A stretch of DNA of 64,000 nt from Patescibacteria group bacterium (GTDB lineage Bacteria > Patescibacteriota > Microgenomatia > UBA8517). The notes beneath the pieces are model-generated. The model worked only from the letters and a program-made list of their open reading frames with translations. It was not told the DNA's origin and ran no database searches. The DNA lies in NCBI GenBank assembly GCA_041742135.1, contig JBGSJG010000008.1, positions 162,902-226,901 of the forward strand, in the 5' to 3' direction. The translations under genes were made by a program, and so were the position numbers. Of the stretch, positions 48,536 to 57,703 are shown piece by piece. Position 1 is the first letter of the stretch. Each line of letters opens with the position of its first letter.

Positions 48536-49081
48536 TTAGCGAATTGTCATGTCCTGAGTATTTGTGTTGAAACACTCCGGGATCATGCTTGTGGGAAAGC
48601 TGGGATATGAAGCTATGTCTTCACAAGTGATTATTCCATTGCCATCCCAAACAAGTTGCCACACGCCGTTAGTTTTTGCCGCAAACCACATGCCGCCTCC
48701 CATTCCTTCCTCGCTTGCTCCTCCTTGTGCATAATTGCCCTCGATTTTACTAACACTTACATTTAATCCTTGGGCATTTTGGCCGTGCTTAGCTATCAAA
48801 GCTGTTTTAATTCGTGTCTTTATAAGTTCAAGCTCCTTTTCCTGATTTTCAGCAATGCAAGGAGTTTCCCAAGGGCGCAGACATTCTTTTTTTGCTTCGC
48901 ACCATGAGTATCCAGCGGACAAAATACAGCCATGTTCGTCACGGTCACTTCCTAGAAGATTCTCTGAAGCTTCTGTGGCTTCCGGGGTCGGGACACTAGT
49001 CTGCGACTGCTTCAGAAGTGCTAAGCCTGCAAAAACTAATATGGCTATAATGATTGCTGGTACGATTTGTTTTATTTTCAT
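48536..49081 (-). CDS. Hypothetical secreted protein (N-terminal TM/signal, Cys-containing)
   Basis: ORF with a signal anchor, co-directional with its neighbours. Confidence 0.4.
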   Translation of the reverse strand: MKIKQIVPAIIIAILVFAGLALLKQSQTSVPTPEATEASENLLGSDRDEHGCILSAGYSWCEAKKECLRPWETPCIAENQEKELELIKTRIKTALIAKHGQNAQGLNVSVSKIEGNYAQGGASEEGMGGGMWFAAKTNGVWQLVWDGNGIITCEDIASYPSFPTSMIPECFNTNTQDMTIR

Positions 49082-49374
49082 TTTTTCTTTTTAAGCCCCC
49101 AGCTCCAGTGAGGTTTCTCGCCAGTTTTAAAGCATATTGCGATAAGAACAATGACTCCTAAAGCTAGCTTTGCGTAATAATCAACCAGTATGGTGTTGTT
49201 CAGTTCAGCTTCTACTGGGAGTGCGGAGCTGATCCACAAAAGATAGCCAAGGAAGATTGCGATTATTGCCCATCCTTGCCATGTTGCTGGTGTCCATCCC
49301 CAGCCATAGAGCTTGGCGCGAAACCAATAGCCTTTGGGGTTGTCCTTTATATATTTAATGTAAGACGCAAACAT
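49078..49374 (-). CDS. Small membrane protein (98 aa, Trp-rich)
   Basis: Two predicted TM helices. Its start overlaps the upstream gene by 4 nt. Confidence 0.35.
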   Translation of the reverse strand: MFASYIKYIKDNPKGYWFRAKLYGWGWTPATWQGWAIIAIFLGYLLWISSALPVEAELNNTILVDYYAKLALGVIVLIAICFKTGEKPHWSWGLKKKK

Positions 49375-49398
49375 AATTAATTATACTCCTTGGTACAA

Positions 49399-50040
49399 TT
49401 AATTCACTTTAAAGCTTAATATGCTTTTGTAAGCTTCCCTGGGGTCAAGAGTTGCTCCACTGTCGCCGCCAGAGTAGTAGCCAAGTAAATAAACATTTTC
49501 GTTAGAGTCAAAAATAAAGCGAGTCTCGGTAGTGCCTGCGGGAAACTCCCAAGGCCGCGTGTTTTCAAATACTTTGGCGCGCCCAGAATTAAAGCTGACT
49601 TCATCTACTAATGTGTAGGTAAACCAGTCGCCAAGATCAGGAACATCACCAGAAGCCAGATTCACACTATCGCCGATATTTGTAAGTGCAATAAGCTTAT
49701 TGAATTGCTCCGCATTGTAGTTGTATACATCGCCAAGAGCATCTCTCTTGTCCGGAGTTACTACAGATACATAAATAAAATTGGTTGGCCCTGCTCCAAG
49801 AGGCTGTTCTTTGGGATAAAAAAGCTTTGAATAATCTGACTGTTTTTCAGAAGTCATCGAGTTGGGAATATATATTTCATAGCCAAAATCAGGATCGGTA
49901 TAATTTGGCTCCAGTTCAGAAGAAGCACTAGAAGGCTCGGGGCTTGGCGGCGTGCTAGGCGTTGTCGGCTTGGTAACAAAAAATACCACTAGTACCAACA
50001 AAGCCACAGCTCCCAGAATTACGACAATAATCTTATTCAC
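49399..50040 (-). CDS. Hypothetical secreted protein (213 aa)
   Basis: N-terminal TM and a Pro/Ser/Thr linker, then a globular domain. Confidence 0.4.
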   Translation of the reverse strand: MNKIIVVILGAVALLVLVVFFVTKPTTPSTPPSPEPSSASSELEPNYTDPDFGYEIYIPNSMTSEKQSDYSKLFYPKEQPLGAGPTNFIYVSVVTPDKRDALGDVYNYNAEQFNKLIALTNIGDSVNLASGDVPDLGDWFTYTLVDEVSFNSGRAKVFENTRPWEFPAGTTETRFIFDSNENVYLLGYYSGGDSGATLDPREAYKSILSFKVN

Positions 50041-50072
50041 GAAAAAATTATAACATGAAAACGAGCGACATT

Positions 50073-50867
50073 TTAGTTATTTTCTGGTGATCTGAGGCTT
50101 TCAGCAAGGGCACGCCCAGTTTCATATCCAACCACATCTGTGCCATGGACACTCCCTTCGTGACGACATATGTTATATCTTAGTACTCTTGTCGCTTCCG
50201 GAATTGCCCACGACAAAGTGTCGATAGGTTTACCGCTTACTCTTCCGATCACCGAATCTATTTCCATTTGTCTTCCGGCTCCAACCAAACAAGCCTCCAA
50301 AAGATGATAGACATCACCTGCTGGATCCTTTGCAGTATATCGCGAGTTATACGCCATGCTTACAGACACGGCTTTTTGCCAAGCTTTCATCTGACGGGCA
50401 GTGACTGGAAAGGTAACTCTGGTGTCCTGGGCGCGCGCCATCTGTCTTGTTGCTGCTGCTAGTGTTATGAGAGCATTAGCAAAATTTCCGTCTGTTACTT
50501 CGAGTGCTGTTTCATAAAGACCTGCCACATTAACTGGCCCGTCTTTTGATTGTGCAAGAACACTTGAGACAAATGCGAGCGAAGCTTCCCGGTCAATATC
50601 AAAACCCAATGGAAGTCTGTGGAAATCAGTAAAACATGCTGCAAAAGCAAGTGCGCTTGTGCCAGATGGCATGTTGCCTATTTCACGAACTTTTGGATTG
50701 AGGCTTACCAAATCTTCAAATATTCGTTCTGGACTGATGCAATATTCAGAAGGCACGCCGGGGGAATCAGGTTTGATTACTTTTTGAAGTCTGTCTGGAT
50801 ATTTAATTTTTGCGCCATAAAGGATTGCGACAGGGGAAGTAACAAATCCTTCAAGTTCTTTCAGCAT
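50073..50867 (-). CDS. Hypothetical protein (264 aa) in GC-rich islet
   Basis: Long ORF with by-eye GC clearly above the flanks. No family recognised. Confidence 0.5.
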   Translation of the reverse strand: MLKELEGFVTSPVAILYGAKIKYPDRLQKVIKPDSPGVPSEYCISPERIFEDLVSLNPKVREIGNMPSGTSALAFAACFTDFHRLPLGFDIDREASLAFVSSVLAQSKDGPVNVAGLYETALEVTDGNFANALITLAAATRQMARAQDTRVTFPVTARQMKAWQKAVSVSMAYNSRYTAKDPAGDVYHLLEACLVGAGRQMEIDSVIGRVSGKPIDTLSWAIPEATRVLRYNICRHEGSVHGTDVVGYETGRALAESLRSPENN

Positions 50868-50923
50868 TTTATTACAAACGCCAGATACCTATAGTGTACC
50901 ACTATGAACCCAGAAGAGTATAA

Positions 50924-51442
50924 TTGGCCATGAGCCTAGTTGATCGATTGGCAGAAATACGTGGTGGCTATAAAGTTGCAGTTTGCCGTAACTCGAGCTG
51001 TCAAGGCTGTGCTGATTTTGCCAATAAGCTTCGAAGTAGTGCAAGTGGCCAAGAAGCACTTGATATGCGGTTTCCAGAGGGAAGTTGTGTCCACGATCCT
51101 TTTTCTGATGTTGAGCATGGAGGTGTTCGTGTTTGCTTGCGCAAAAACAGGGCAACTGTTCCTTCAGCCGTGGCTGATGGGCAGATAGATTCATCAGGCA
51201 CCACCGTGGCTGCCCACATCGGAGTAATACGTGACCCAGAAGAGAGAGGGAAAGGGTATGGAAGGATCGTCGTGATGGCACTAGCCCACGAGCTTAAGCG
51301 TAGAGGAGTTGCCGAGGTATGCGCAGAGATCGATGCTGAAAATTCTGGATCTCAGAAAATGGCATTCGCACTTGGAGCAACTCAAGATCTCGATTGCGTT
51401 GTTGACGAAAAAGATGTCGTGCGTTTTTTAAGAAAGCTTTAA
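50924..51442 (+). CDS. GNAT family N-acetyltransferase
   Basis: Motif A/B region VIRDPEERGKGYGRIVVMALAHELKRRGVAEVCAEIDAENSGSQKMAFALG. The true start may be downstream of 50924. Confidence 0.55.
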   Translation: MAMSLVDRLAEIRGGYKVAVCRNSSCQGCADFANKLRSSASGQEALDMRFPEGSCVHDPFSDVEHGGVRVCLRKNRATVPSAVADGQIDSSGTTVAAHIGVIRDPEERGKGYGRIVVMALAHELKRRGVAEVCAEIDAENSGSQKMAFALGATQDLDCVVDEKDVVRFLRKL

Positions 51443-51472
51443 TCGGAGTCTCCAATATACTACAATGATTCT

Positions 51473-51877
51473 ATGAAACGAATACTTCGCATTATTGTAA
51501 TAGAACTTGCGGCTTTGTATCTTACAACCCAGATTGCTTCAGGACTCGTGTTTGCTAACCAGCTTGAGGGCATTTTAATTACTTCAGTGGCTTTGGGAAT
51601 TGCCATGCACCTACTCAAACCCATCATTAACTTATTGCTTCTTCCCATAAACTTGGCAACATTTGGACTATTTAAAATTGTGGGCCACGCTATTACTGTC
51701 TTTATTGTTGATGTGGCTCTGACGCAGTTTGAAGTTGCTGGTTTTAACTTTCCGGGCATGACAACCCAGCTTTTTGACCTACCACCAATTGTCCTTGAAA
51801 AAGGCCCGTTGTCGTACCTTGCGTTTGCAATTGTTATTTCTGCAATTACCGGAATTATTAACTGGCTTCGAAAGTAG
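51473..51877 (+). CDS. Small polytopic membrane protein (phage-holin-4/DUF360-like)
   Basis: Four predicted TM helices, 134 aa. Confidence 0.4.
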   Translation: MKRILRIIVIELAALYLTTQIASGLVFANQLEGILITSVALGIAMHLLKPIINLLLLPINLATFGLFKIVGHAITVFIVDVALTQFEVAGFNFPGMTTQLFDLPPIVLEKGPLSYLAFAIVISAITGIINWLRK

Positions 51878-51889
51878 CTCTATAGTATA

Positions 51890-52111
51890 ATGAGCCCGAT
51901 GCATAATTTTCTCTTATTTTTTCAAATTATTATTTCAATTTTATTAATTGCCGTTGTCCTTCTTCAGGTCAAAGGAACTGGTTTTGGTCGTGTGTGGGGC
52001 GGGCTTTCTACAAGTAGCACGCGCCGGGGCTTGGAGGGAGTTATTTTTAAATTCACCTTCGTTTTAGTGTTTCTATTCATTATAATTTCACTGATCTCTT
52101 TATTAAGCTAA
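51890..52111 (+). CDS. secG: Preprotein translocase subunit SecG
   Basis: Two TM helices flanking VLLQVKGTGFGRVWGG, which matches the SecG LLQxGKG...FGG loop. Confidence 0.65.
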   Translation: MSPMHNFLLFFQIIISILLIAVVLLQVKGTGFGRVWGGLSTSSTRRGLEGVIFKFTFVLVFLFIIISLISLLS

Positions 52112-53430
52112 TGCGCATTCGATTTCGCTATTGGTTCCGCCTGATTGGAGCTTTTTTGGTTCGTTTTCGAGTCGTTTTGTTTGCAAGTGTGGTTTTTGGC
52201 CTTCTTTTCTTCGCCTTTTTGACTTACATAATGCCTCGAGCTTTTTCATCTAGCACAGAGTATGTAGGAGTAACTGGCAGATACAGAACCGACGAGCTAC
52301 CTGTTTCGATATTAAGCTTGGTAGGGGAGGGACTAACTAAAATTTCAGAGGACGGATCAGTTGTGCCGGGCTTGGCCGAAAGCTGGGAGACAAGTGAAGA
52401 TGGAAAAGTGTGGACTTTTCACCTAGCGCTCGGGCGATCTTGGCACGACAAATCACCAGTGACCGCAAGCACTATTCAGTATTCTTATGAGGACACCACG
52501 ATTGAGCGACCAGACGAGAAGACGGTTCGATTCATATTAAATTCACCATTTTCCCCATTTGCAGCCGTGGTTTCTCGGCCAACATTTAAACGTGGGCTTT
52601 TGGGCACAGGTGAGTGGAAAGTAACAGCAGTGAAACTTGCGTCACAGTATGTCGAGCGCATTACTTTAAAAAATGACAAGAACCAAAAACGGATAATCCG
52701 CTTTTTCCCGACCGAGGAAGGTACAAAAAATGCCTACATGCTTGGCGAGATTGATACTATTGCGGATGCTATTGATCCTGCGCCATTTGACTCATGGGTT
52801 AATTCTGAAATTTACGAGCACGTTCGCCGTGACCGAATAGTTGCTGTATTTTTTAATAACGAAGCTGAAGCTTTTAAAGGCCCGGGAAATAAGCCTTTGC
52901 GCCAAGCTCTTTCCTATGCCATCGAAAAAAACCAGTTCAAAGGCCCGAGGGCTTTAGGGCCAATCTCCCCAGAATCATGGGCTTATAATCCGCTCGTCAA
53001 AGACTATGCATACGATCTTGAGCGAGCACGCGAGCTTGTAAAAGATATTTCTGGCGTTGAAATTAATCTAACCACCACGCCTTCACTATTGCCAGTTGCT
53101 GAGACAATCGCAAACTCATGGAAAGAAATCGGCGTCACCACTAATGTTCAAGTTGTTTCAGTGTTGCCTGAGGACTTCCAGGCGTTTTTGGCAATTTATG
53201 ATATTCCACGCGATCCAGATCAATATGCTTTTTGGCACACGACTCAAACTTCCACCAATATCTCAAATTATTCAAACCCCAGAATCGACAAACTTTTGGA
53301 AGATGGCCGAGTTACCTTGAATCAGGAAGAGCGCAAGAAAATTTACCTTGACTTCCAGCGCTTTTTATTAGAAGATGCTCCTGCGGTGTTTCTTTATCAT
53401 CCGATTAGCTTTGAGATACACCGGAAGTAA
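52111..53430 (+). CDS. Family 5 extracellular solute-binding protein (ABC-type, peptide/nickel class), N-terminal TM anchored; no cognate permease/ATPase adjacent
   Basis: GLTKISEDGSVVPGLAESWETSEDGKVWTFHLALGRSWHDKSPVTASTIQYSY is a textbook SBP_bac_5 N-lobe. Confidence 0.65.
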   Translation: MRIRFRYWFRLIGAFLVRFRVVLFASVVFGLLFFAFLTYIMPRAFSSSTEYVGVTGRYRTDELPVSILSLVGEGLTKISEDGSVVPGLAESWETSEDGKVWTFHLALGRSWHDKSPVTASTIQYSYEDTTIERPDEKTVRFILNSPFSPFAAVVSRPTFKRGLLGTGEWKVTAVKLASQYVERITLKNDKNQKRIIRFFPTEEGTKNAYMLGEIDTIADAIDPAPFDSWVNSEIYEHVRRDRIVAVFFNNEAEAFKGPGNKPLRQALSYAIEKNQFKGPRALGPISPESWAYNPLVKDYAYDLERARELVKDISGVEINLTTTPSLLPVAETIANSWKEIGVTTNVQVVSVLPEDFQAFLAIYDIPRDPDQYAFWHTTQTSTNISNYSNPRIDKLLEDGRVTLNQEERKKIYLDFQRFLLEDAPAVFLYHPISFEIHRK

Positions 53431-53439
53431 TGTATCATT

Positions 53440-54111
53440 ATGAAAATGATTTATGCAGGTGTAGCGGTAATAATTGTGGTGGCAGCCGCTTTTTTGATGT
53501 TTCGCCAAAAGCCTAAAGCTAACTCGGAAGTCTCACAAGTGCCAACGCCGACACAAGAGGCGCAAAAAATCGAAGAAACCAAACCTATGACAGACTCAAA
53601 ATCTTTAGCCAAACCAGAAGTAACGCTTGATGCAACCAAAAGCTATTCTGCGGTTCTGCACACCACTGAAGGAGATATCACTGTTTCACTTAACACCACC
53701 CAAACTCCAATAACTGCAAATAATTTTGTTTATTTGGCCGAAAATAAATTTTATGACAACACTATTTTTCACCGCGTGATTGACGGCTTTATGATTCAAG
53801 GAGGAGATCCTACGGGAACTGGGACTGGAAGCCCTGGATACCGCTTTGACGATGAGCCTTTTTCGGGTGAGTACACCAAAGGAACAATTGCCATGGCCAA
53901 TTCAGGGCCAAACACAAATGGGTCACAATTTTTTATAATGCACGCGGATTATCCACTTCCAAAAAACTACGTAATTTTTGGCAAAGTGTCAGAAGGCCTT
54001 GAAGTGGTTGATAAAATCGCTACGGCACCTACCACAACCAGTATGGGTGGAGAAAACTCAAAACCAGTTAACCCAGTTACCATAAATTCAGTTGATATCA
54101 TCAAGCAGTAA
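53440..54111 (+). CDS. Cyclophilin-type peptidyl-prolyl cis-trans isomerase, membrane anchored
   Basis: FHRVIDGFMIQGGDP...GTIAMANSGPNTNGSQFFI cyclophilin core, plus an N-terminal TM. Confidence 0.85.
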   Translation: MKMIYAGVAVIIVVAAAFLMFRQKPKANSEVSQVPTPTQEAQKIEETKPMTDSKSLAKPEVTLDATKSYSAVLHTTEGDITVSLNTTQTPITANNFVYLAENKFYDNTIFHRVIDGFMIQGGDPTGTGTGSPGYRFDDEPFSGEYTKGTIAMANSGPNTNGSQFFIMHADYPLPKNYVIFGKVSEGLEVVDKIATAPTTTSMGGENSKPVNPVTINSVDIIKQ

Positions 54112-54595
54112 TAAGTACTATATTGTCCGTCACGGCGAGACTTTCGCTTCACTAAATTCGGTTCCATATGGAGATCAGCAAGAAACTGCCGAGATTCTAC
54201 CAGAAGGGGTTCCAGCCATAAAGCGCTTGGCGGAGTACCTTAAAACTGTCCCCACGGATATAAATTACACATCCCGTTTTCTTCGGTGCTTGCAAACTTC
54301 TCAAGCAATAAACCAAATTACAGGGAAAGAATTTGAAAAACACAAACTATTAGGTGAATATGTAGAGCCAACGTTTGATGAGTTTAAAGAACGGATGCAG
54401 ACTTTGGTCACAGAGCTTGAGCAAGCCGAAAAGACGACCTATTTGTTGTGTACCCATGGTGGGATTATTTCAGCTCTTAAGCACCTATTAATTTTTGGCG
54501 AGTATGAAGAAAGTGATTTGATGGATTATCCGGTCCCTGGAACTTTAATGATTATCTCCAGCAGTGGAAGTGAAGTGATTAACTTCAATCAATAA
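54092..54595 (+). CDS. Histidine phosphatase superfamily protein (phosphoglycerate-mutase-like)
   Basis: YYIVRHGET (RHG motif) and the downstream CTHGG motif. Confidence 0.6.
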   Translation: MISSSSNKYYIVRHGETFASLNSVPYGDQQETAEILPEGVPAIKRLAEYLKTVPTDINYTSRFLRCLQTSQAINQITGKEFEKHKLLGEYVEPTFDEFKERMQTLVTELEQAEKTTYLLCTHGGIISALKHLLIFGEYEESDLMDYPVPGTLMIISSSGSEVINFNQ

Positions 54596-56417
54596 TTGTA
54601 AGCCTGGGAACAGGAAAATCTGCTTGACCACTTAAATCTTTAATATATTTCCCATTCGGAGAAAATTGTGGATTTTTAATAACTTCGTTTGCAAGCCAAA
54701 GCCAGCTTGCAGTATGGCTTACTGTAAACACATCTGGTGAAATGTTCTTGGCATTTTCACTAAGAATGCTATATAGCTTGTCGTTGGTCATCAACTCAAA
54801 AAGCTTATCAGCCACAGCCTTGGTGTCGCCGATTTTGATTACAAAGCCGTTAACTCCGTCTGTGACTTGGGTTGGCATTCCTCCCACGCCGTAAATAATT
54901 ACCGGCTTGCCTTTCATTAACCCTTCGGCGATTTTAAACTCAAATCCTTCGTGATGAGAAAGCTGGAGCATGATTTTGGACTGTCTGGCGATTGTGTTCA
55001 TTAGCTGATCGTTGTGAGGAAGGCGAAGGACTTTGATGTCATTTTTAATCTTTCTGAACCTCGGCGTATTTATTACTTTGTTTATGAAATCTAAGATGGG
55101 AATTCCGTCTGGGTCGTCAATAGATCCATTTCCTGCAATTACAAGCTGGGGAATGGGCAAATTGGTGTTTTGGTACTTTTTAACAAGAAGCCGATATGCT
55201 TCAAGTAAGTCTGGTATTCCTTTAGATGGGTCAAATCGTGCAATCTGGGTAATATATGGCCGATTAGGATCAAGCGGCGTCTGTTTAAAAGATACCAAAA
55301 AATCATTTAGTAGCCGCATGTAGTAACTTTTTTGCTCGTCAGTGAGTTCTTTGTTTAAGCCATCCAATGGGTCTGTGCAAGGAGGAGCAAACACAACTTT
55401 TGAATTTGGAACGTTTTTGGGAACAAAGCTTCGAACAGGATGGCTCACAAACACGTCGCAGCTCTTAACTTTATTCCAAACAAAGTCCCAAGAAATCTTT
55501 TGTGTGCTGCCTATTTTTGTGGCTAATTTCGCAATTAGCTCGATATGAGAGCGAAAGATGATTTTGGCTGTCGGATTAACTCTTTTTATATATGGGAATA
55601 AACCTGCAGGTTGAGGGTCATCGATAATGATTACATCATAGTCGGGAAAAATATCTTTCAACTCTTCTGCATTTTTAGCACTCCACTTGTCAAAATAATC
55701 CATCTCATCTTGGGACAGGGATTCTCCGTCGGGAGCAACATTTTGAAAAATATTGTGAAACTTGCGTTTGGTTATGTTAAAAGCTTCTTCGTCATCCTTT
55801 AAAATTATCCAGTCGGCGTTAACGCCAAGGAGTTTTAGTAGTCTCATATTTCCATGTCTCATGATGGCAACGCCTCCTCCTTGGGGAGTCGCACTGATAA
55901 ACGCTAGTTTCCTTCCTTTAAATTCCCTCGCCTGATCTAAAAGAAATCGAAACTCCAGTGGGTGCGTTATCGCCTCGTAGTCTGAAAGTGCCACTAAGGG
56001 CGGGCTGTAAACTCTGCCATAGCCATTGACCTTTGCAGCATGGGAATTATCTTCACCAAAACCTGCCTTGCCAACAATTGCTGCGGCTTTTGACATTTCT
56101 TTGGGAGTTGATTCATCTGGGGAAACTTGGATTGGAACAATGTCTAGTTTCAGCCAAAGTTTTCGATAGAGGGTTTTCCATTTGCCACCTGAAATCCCCA
56201 TGGAAATAATCTTTTTATTTTTATCTGAAGCGTAGTAGTGTAGCCACGAGATGAAACCTGCAGACGTATTTGAGGTACTTGGAAAAGACTCGCAGGTATC
56301 AACGCGGCCCTTTTTGTCCAAGATCGTAACTGTGAAACCTTGCTTTGAAAAATGAACACCGCCAAAAACTGGAGCGGGAAGCGATACCTTCGGCAAGTCG
56401 TTCTGGTCTATTGCCAT
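54585..56417 (-). CDS. GT4-family glycosyltransferase (610 aa) with about 165-aa N-terminal extra domain
   Basis: C-terminal GT1/GT4 fold with the EX7E region HHEGFEFKIAEGLMKGKPVI. The GT4 N-domain starts near ISATPQGGGVA. The preceding 165 aa are unassigned. Confidence 0.7.
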   Translation of the reverse strand: MAIDQNDLPKVSLPAPVFGGVHFSKQGFTVTILDKKGRVDTCESFPSTSNTSAGFISWLHYYASDKNKKIISMGISGGKWKTLYRKLWLKLDIVPIQVSPDESTPKEMSKAAAIVGKAGFGEDNSHAAKVNGYGRVYSPPLVALSDYEAITHPLEFRFLLDQAREFKGRKLAFISATPQGGGVAIMRHGNMRLLKLLGVNADWIILKDDEEAFNITKRKFHNIFQNVAPDGESLSQDEMDYFDKWSAKNAEELKDIFPDYDVIIIDDPQPAGLFPYIKRVNPTAKIIFRSHIELIAKLATKIGSTQKISWDFVWNKVKSCDVFVSHPVRSFVPKNVPNSKVVFAPPCTDPLDGLNKELTDEQKSYYMRLLNDFLVSFKQTPLDPNRPYITQIARFDPSKGIPDLLEAYRLLVKKYQNTNLPIPQLVIAGNGSIDDPDGIPILDFINKVINTPRFRKIKNDIKVLRLPHNDQLMNTIARQSKIMLQLSHHEGFEFKIAEGLMKGKPVIIYGVGGMPTQVTDGVNGFVIKIGDTKAVADKLFELMTNDKLYSILSENAKNISPDVFTVSHTASWLWLANEVIKNPQFSPNGKYIKDLSGQADFPVPRLTIID

Positions 56418-56494
56418 GAACCCAAATCATAAACTGATACTGTGCGTTTGTCTAGGAACTAGAATAAGGCAAGCCACAGTTGAACTTTACTAGT

Positions 56495-57700
56495 TTAAAT
56501 TTGGCTAAGCACCCTTTTAATTACTTGTATATTTTGGTCAAGATATGCTTGGCTTTCTAGCCATTTTTCTTCAATTAAGCCAAGATGACCTAGATTTCTA
56601 AAATATCGCTGAACTACCCAACTAGCGACTTTTGGTAGTGAGTCTAGTTCTTCTTTTGGGTTTCCAGAGCGAATAGTTGATTCCGGATTTTTATATCTCC
56701 CGCCCCACTCGAAATCAAAAAATCTCAAGTCTGCTGATGTGTCTTTGGAGATACTTCCAGATACCCAAGAGGTAAGAGGATGCGAGAACCCAGTGGCTTT
56801 AAGGGCGCTTACGATATTGATTGCCTGAGAAATTTCTATCTCAGATATAAGTCTGTGTAGTAAAGCGCTTTGCTGGCCCGTGAGTTTTTCCCGTCCCACC
56901 AGAAGAGCAAACAAATGGCTCGCTTCACCTGTGGTTAATCCAGCATTTTTGCAACAATCGCCAATTTGAGGGTTTTCGGTGCATTCGATCGCTAAGTTGT
57001 TTAGCCCAACAAAGAACTCGTCTTGCTCAATGGACTTTTTTGCTACTTCGTTCGGATCAGCAATTGTACTGGTAAGCCGCTGTCTTGCGCCACTAAGCCG
57101 AAAAAGAATTGCTAATTCATCCCCATTTAGTTTTACGCTATTTATGTTATCAATTATTGTACTGACATTAAAACGGCCTTGTCTCCAGTTATTTTCCATG
57201 AATTTTAAAATTTCTCTAGAATCTAAAATCACGTAACCCAGAGCTAGAGAGGCACGGACCCCATGCTTAAGTAGCGTGTTGCTGGTAGCTATGTCTGATG
57301 CGGCGTCAAAATCTCCAAAAAAACCTATGGGGTCGATATCTGACTCGACATACCGCGATCGGACGGCGTCAGCGTATTTTAAGCCAGAAACAAAACCTCC
57401 TTTAGCAGTAACCCAGTTTGCCCGCATCCCTGAGTACGAAACTGTATCGGGATTTAGAGTTGCTACTGGGACAGATCTTCCTTCGGAGGTGAGAGCATGC
57501 TTTATGGTAGAGTTATTTCTGCGTGTGTTACGAACACTCATTAGGCACGAGCCTTCAAGATATTCCGAGCTCGCAAAGTACCAGTTTTCCGGCGCCAAAA
57601 ACAATCTCGCATCAGTATTAACAACTGTTAGCTTGATCGCCTCGGGCGGCAAAGGCATGGTCGCCACCTCAATACCTCCATATTTTGTTCGCTCCCTCAT
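56495..57700 (-). CDS. Hypothetical protein, paralog A (401 aa) of tandem pair; unknown family
   Basis: Shares collinear blocks with paralog B: YSG..AN..TAKGG, DP.GFFGDFDAASDI, AILFRL.G.R.RLTS and F.FEWGG. Separated from B by 3 nt. Confidence 0.55.
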   Translation of the reverse strand: MRERTKYGGIEVATMPLPPEAIKLTVVNTDARLFLAPENWYFASSEYLEGSCLMSVRNTRRNNSTIKHALTSEGRSVPVATLNPDTVSYSGMRANWVTAKGGFVSGLKYADAVRSRYVESDIDPIGFFGDFDAASDIATSNTLLKHGVRASLALGYVILDSREILKFMENNWRQGRFNVSTIIDNINSVKLNGDELAILFRLSGARQRLTSTIADPNEVAKKSIEQDEFFVGLNNLAIECTENPQIGDCCKNAGLTTGEASHLFALLVGREKLTGQQSALLHRLISEIEISQAINIVSALKATGFSHPLTSWVSGSISKDTSADLRFFDFEWGGRYKNPESTIRSGNPKEELDSLPKVASWVVQRYFRNLGHLGLIEEKWLESQAYLDQNIQVIKRVLSQI

Positions 57701-57703
57701 ATT

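Noticed and set aside
50889-51281. 130-aa minus-strand ORF overlapping the GNAT gene
   Set aside because: It is antisense to the GNAT ORF, which has recognisable acetyltransferase motifs.
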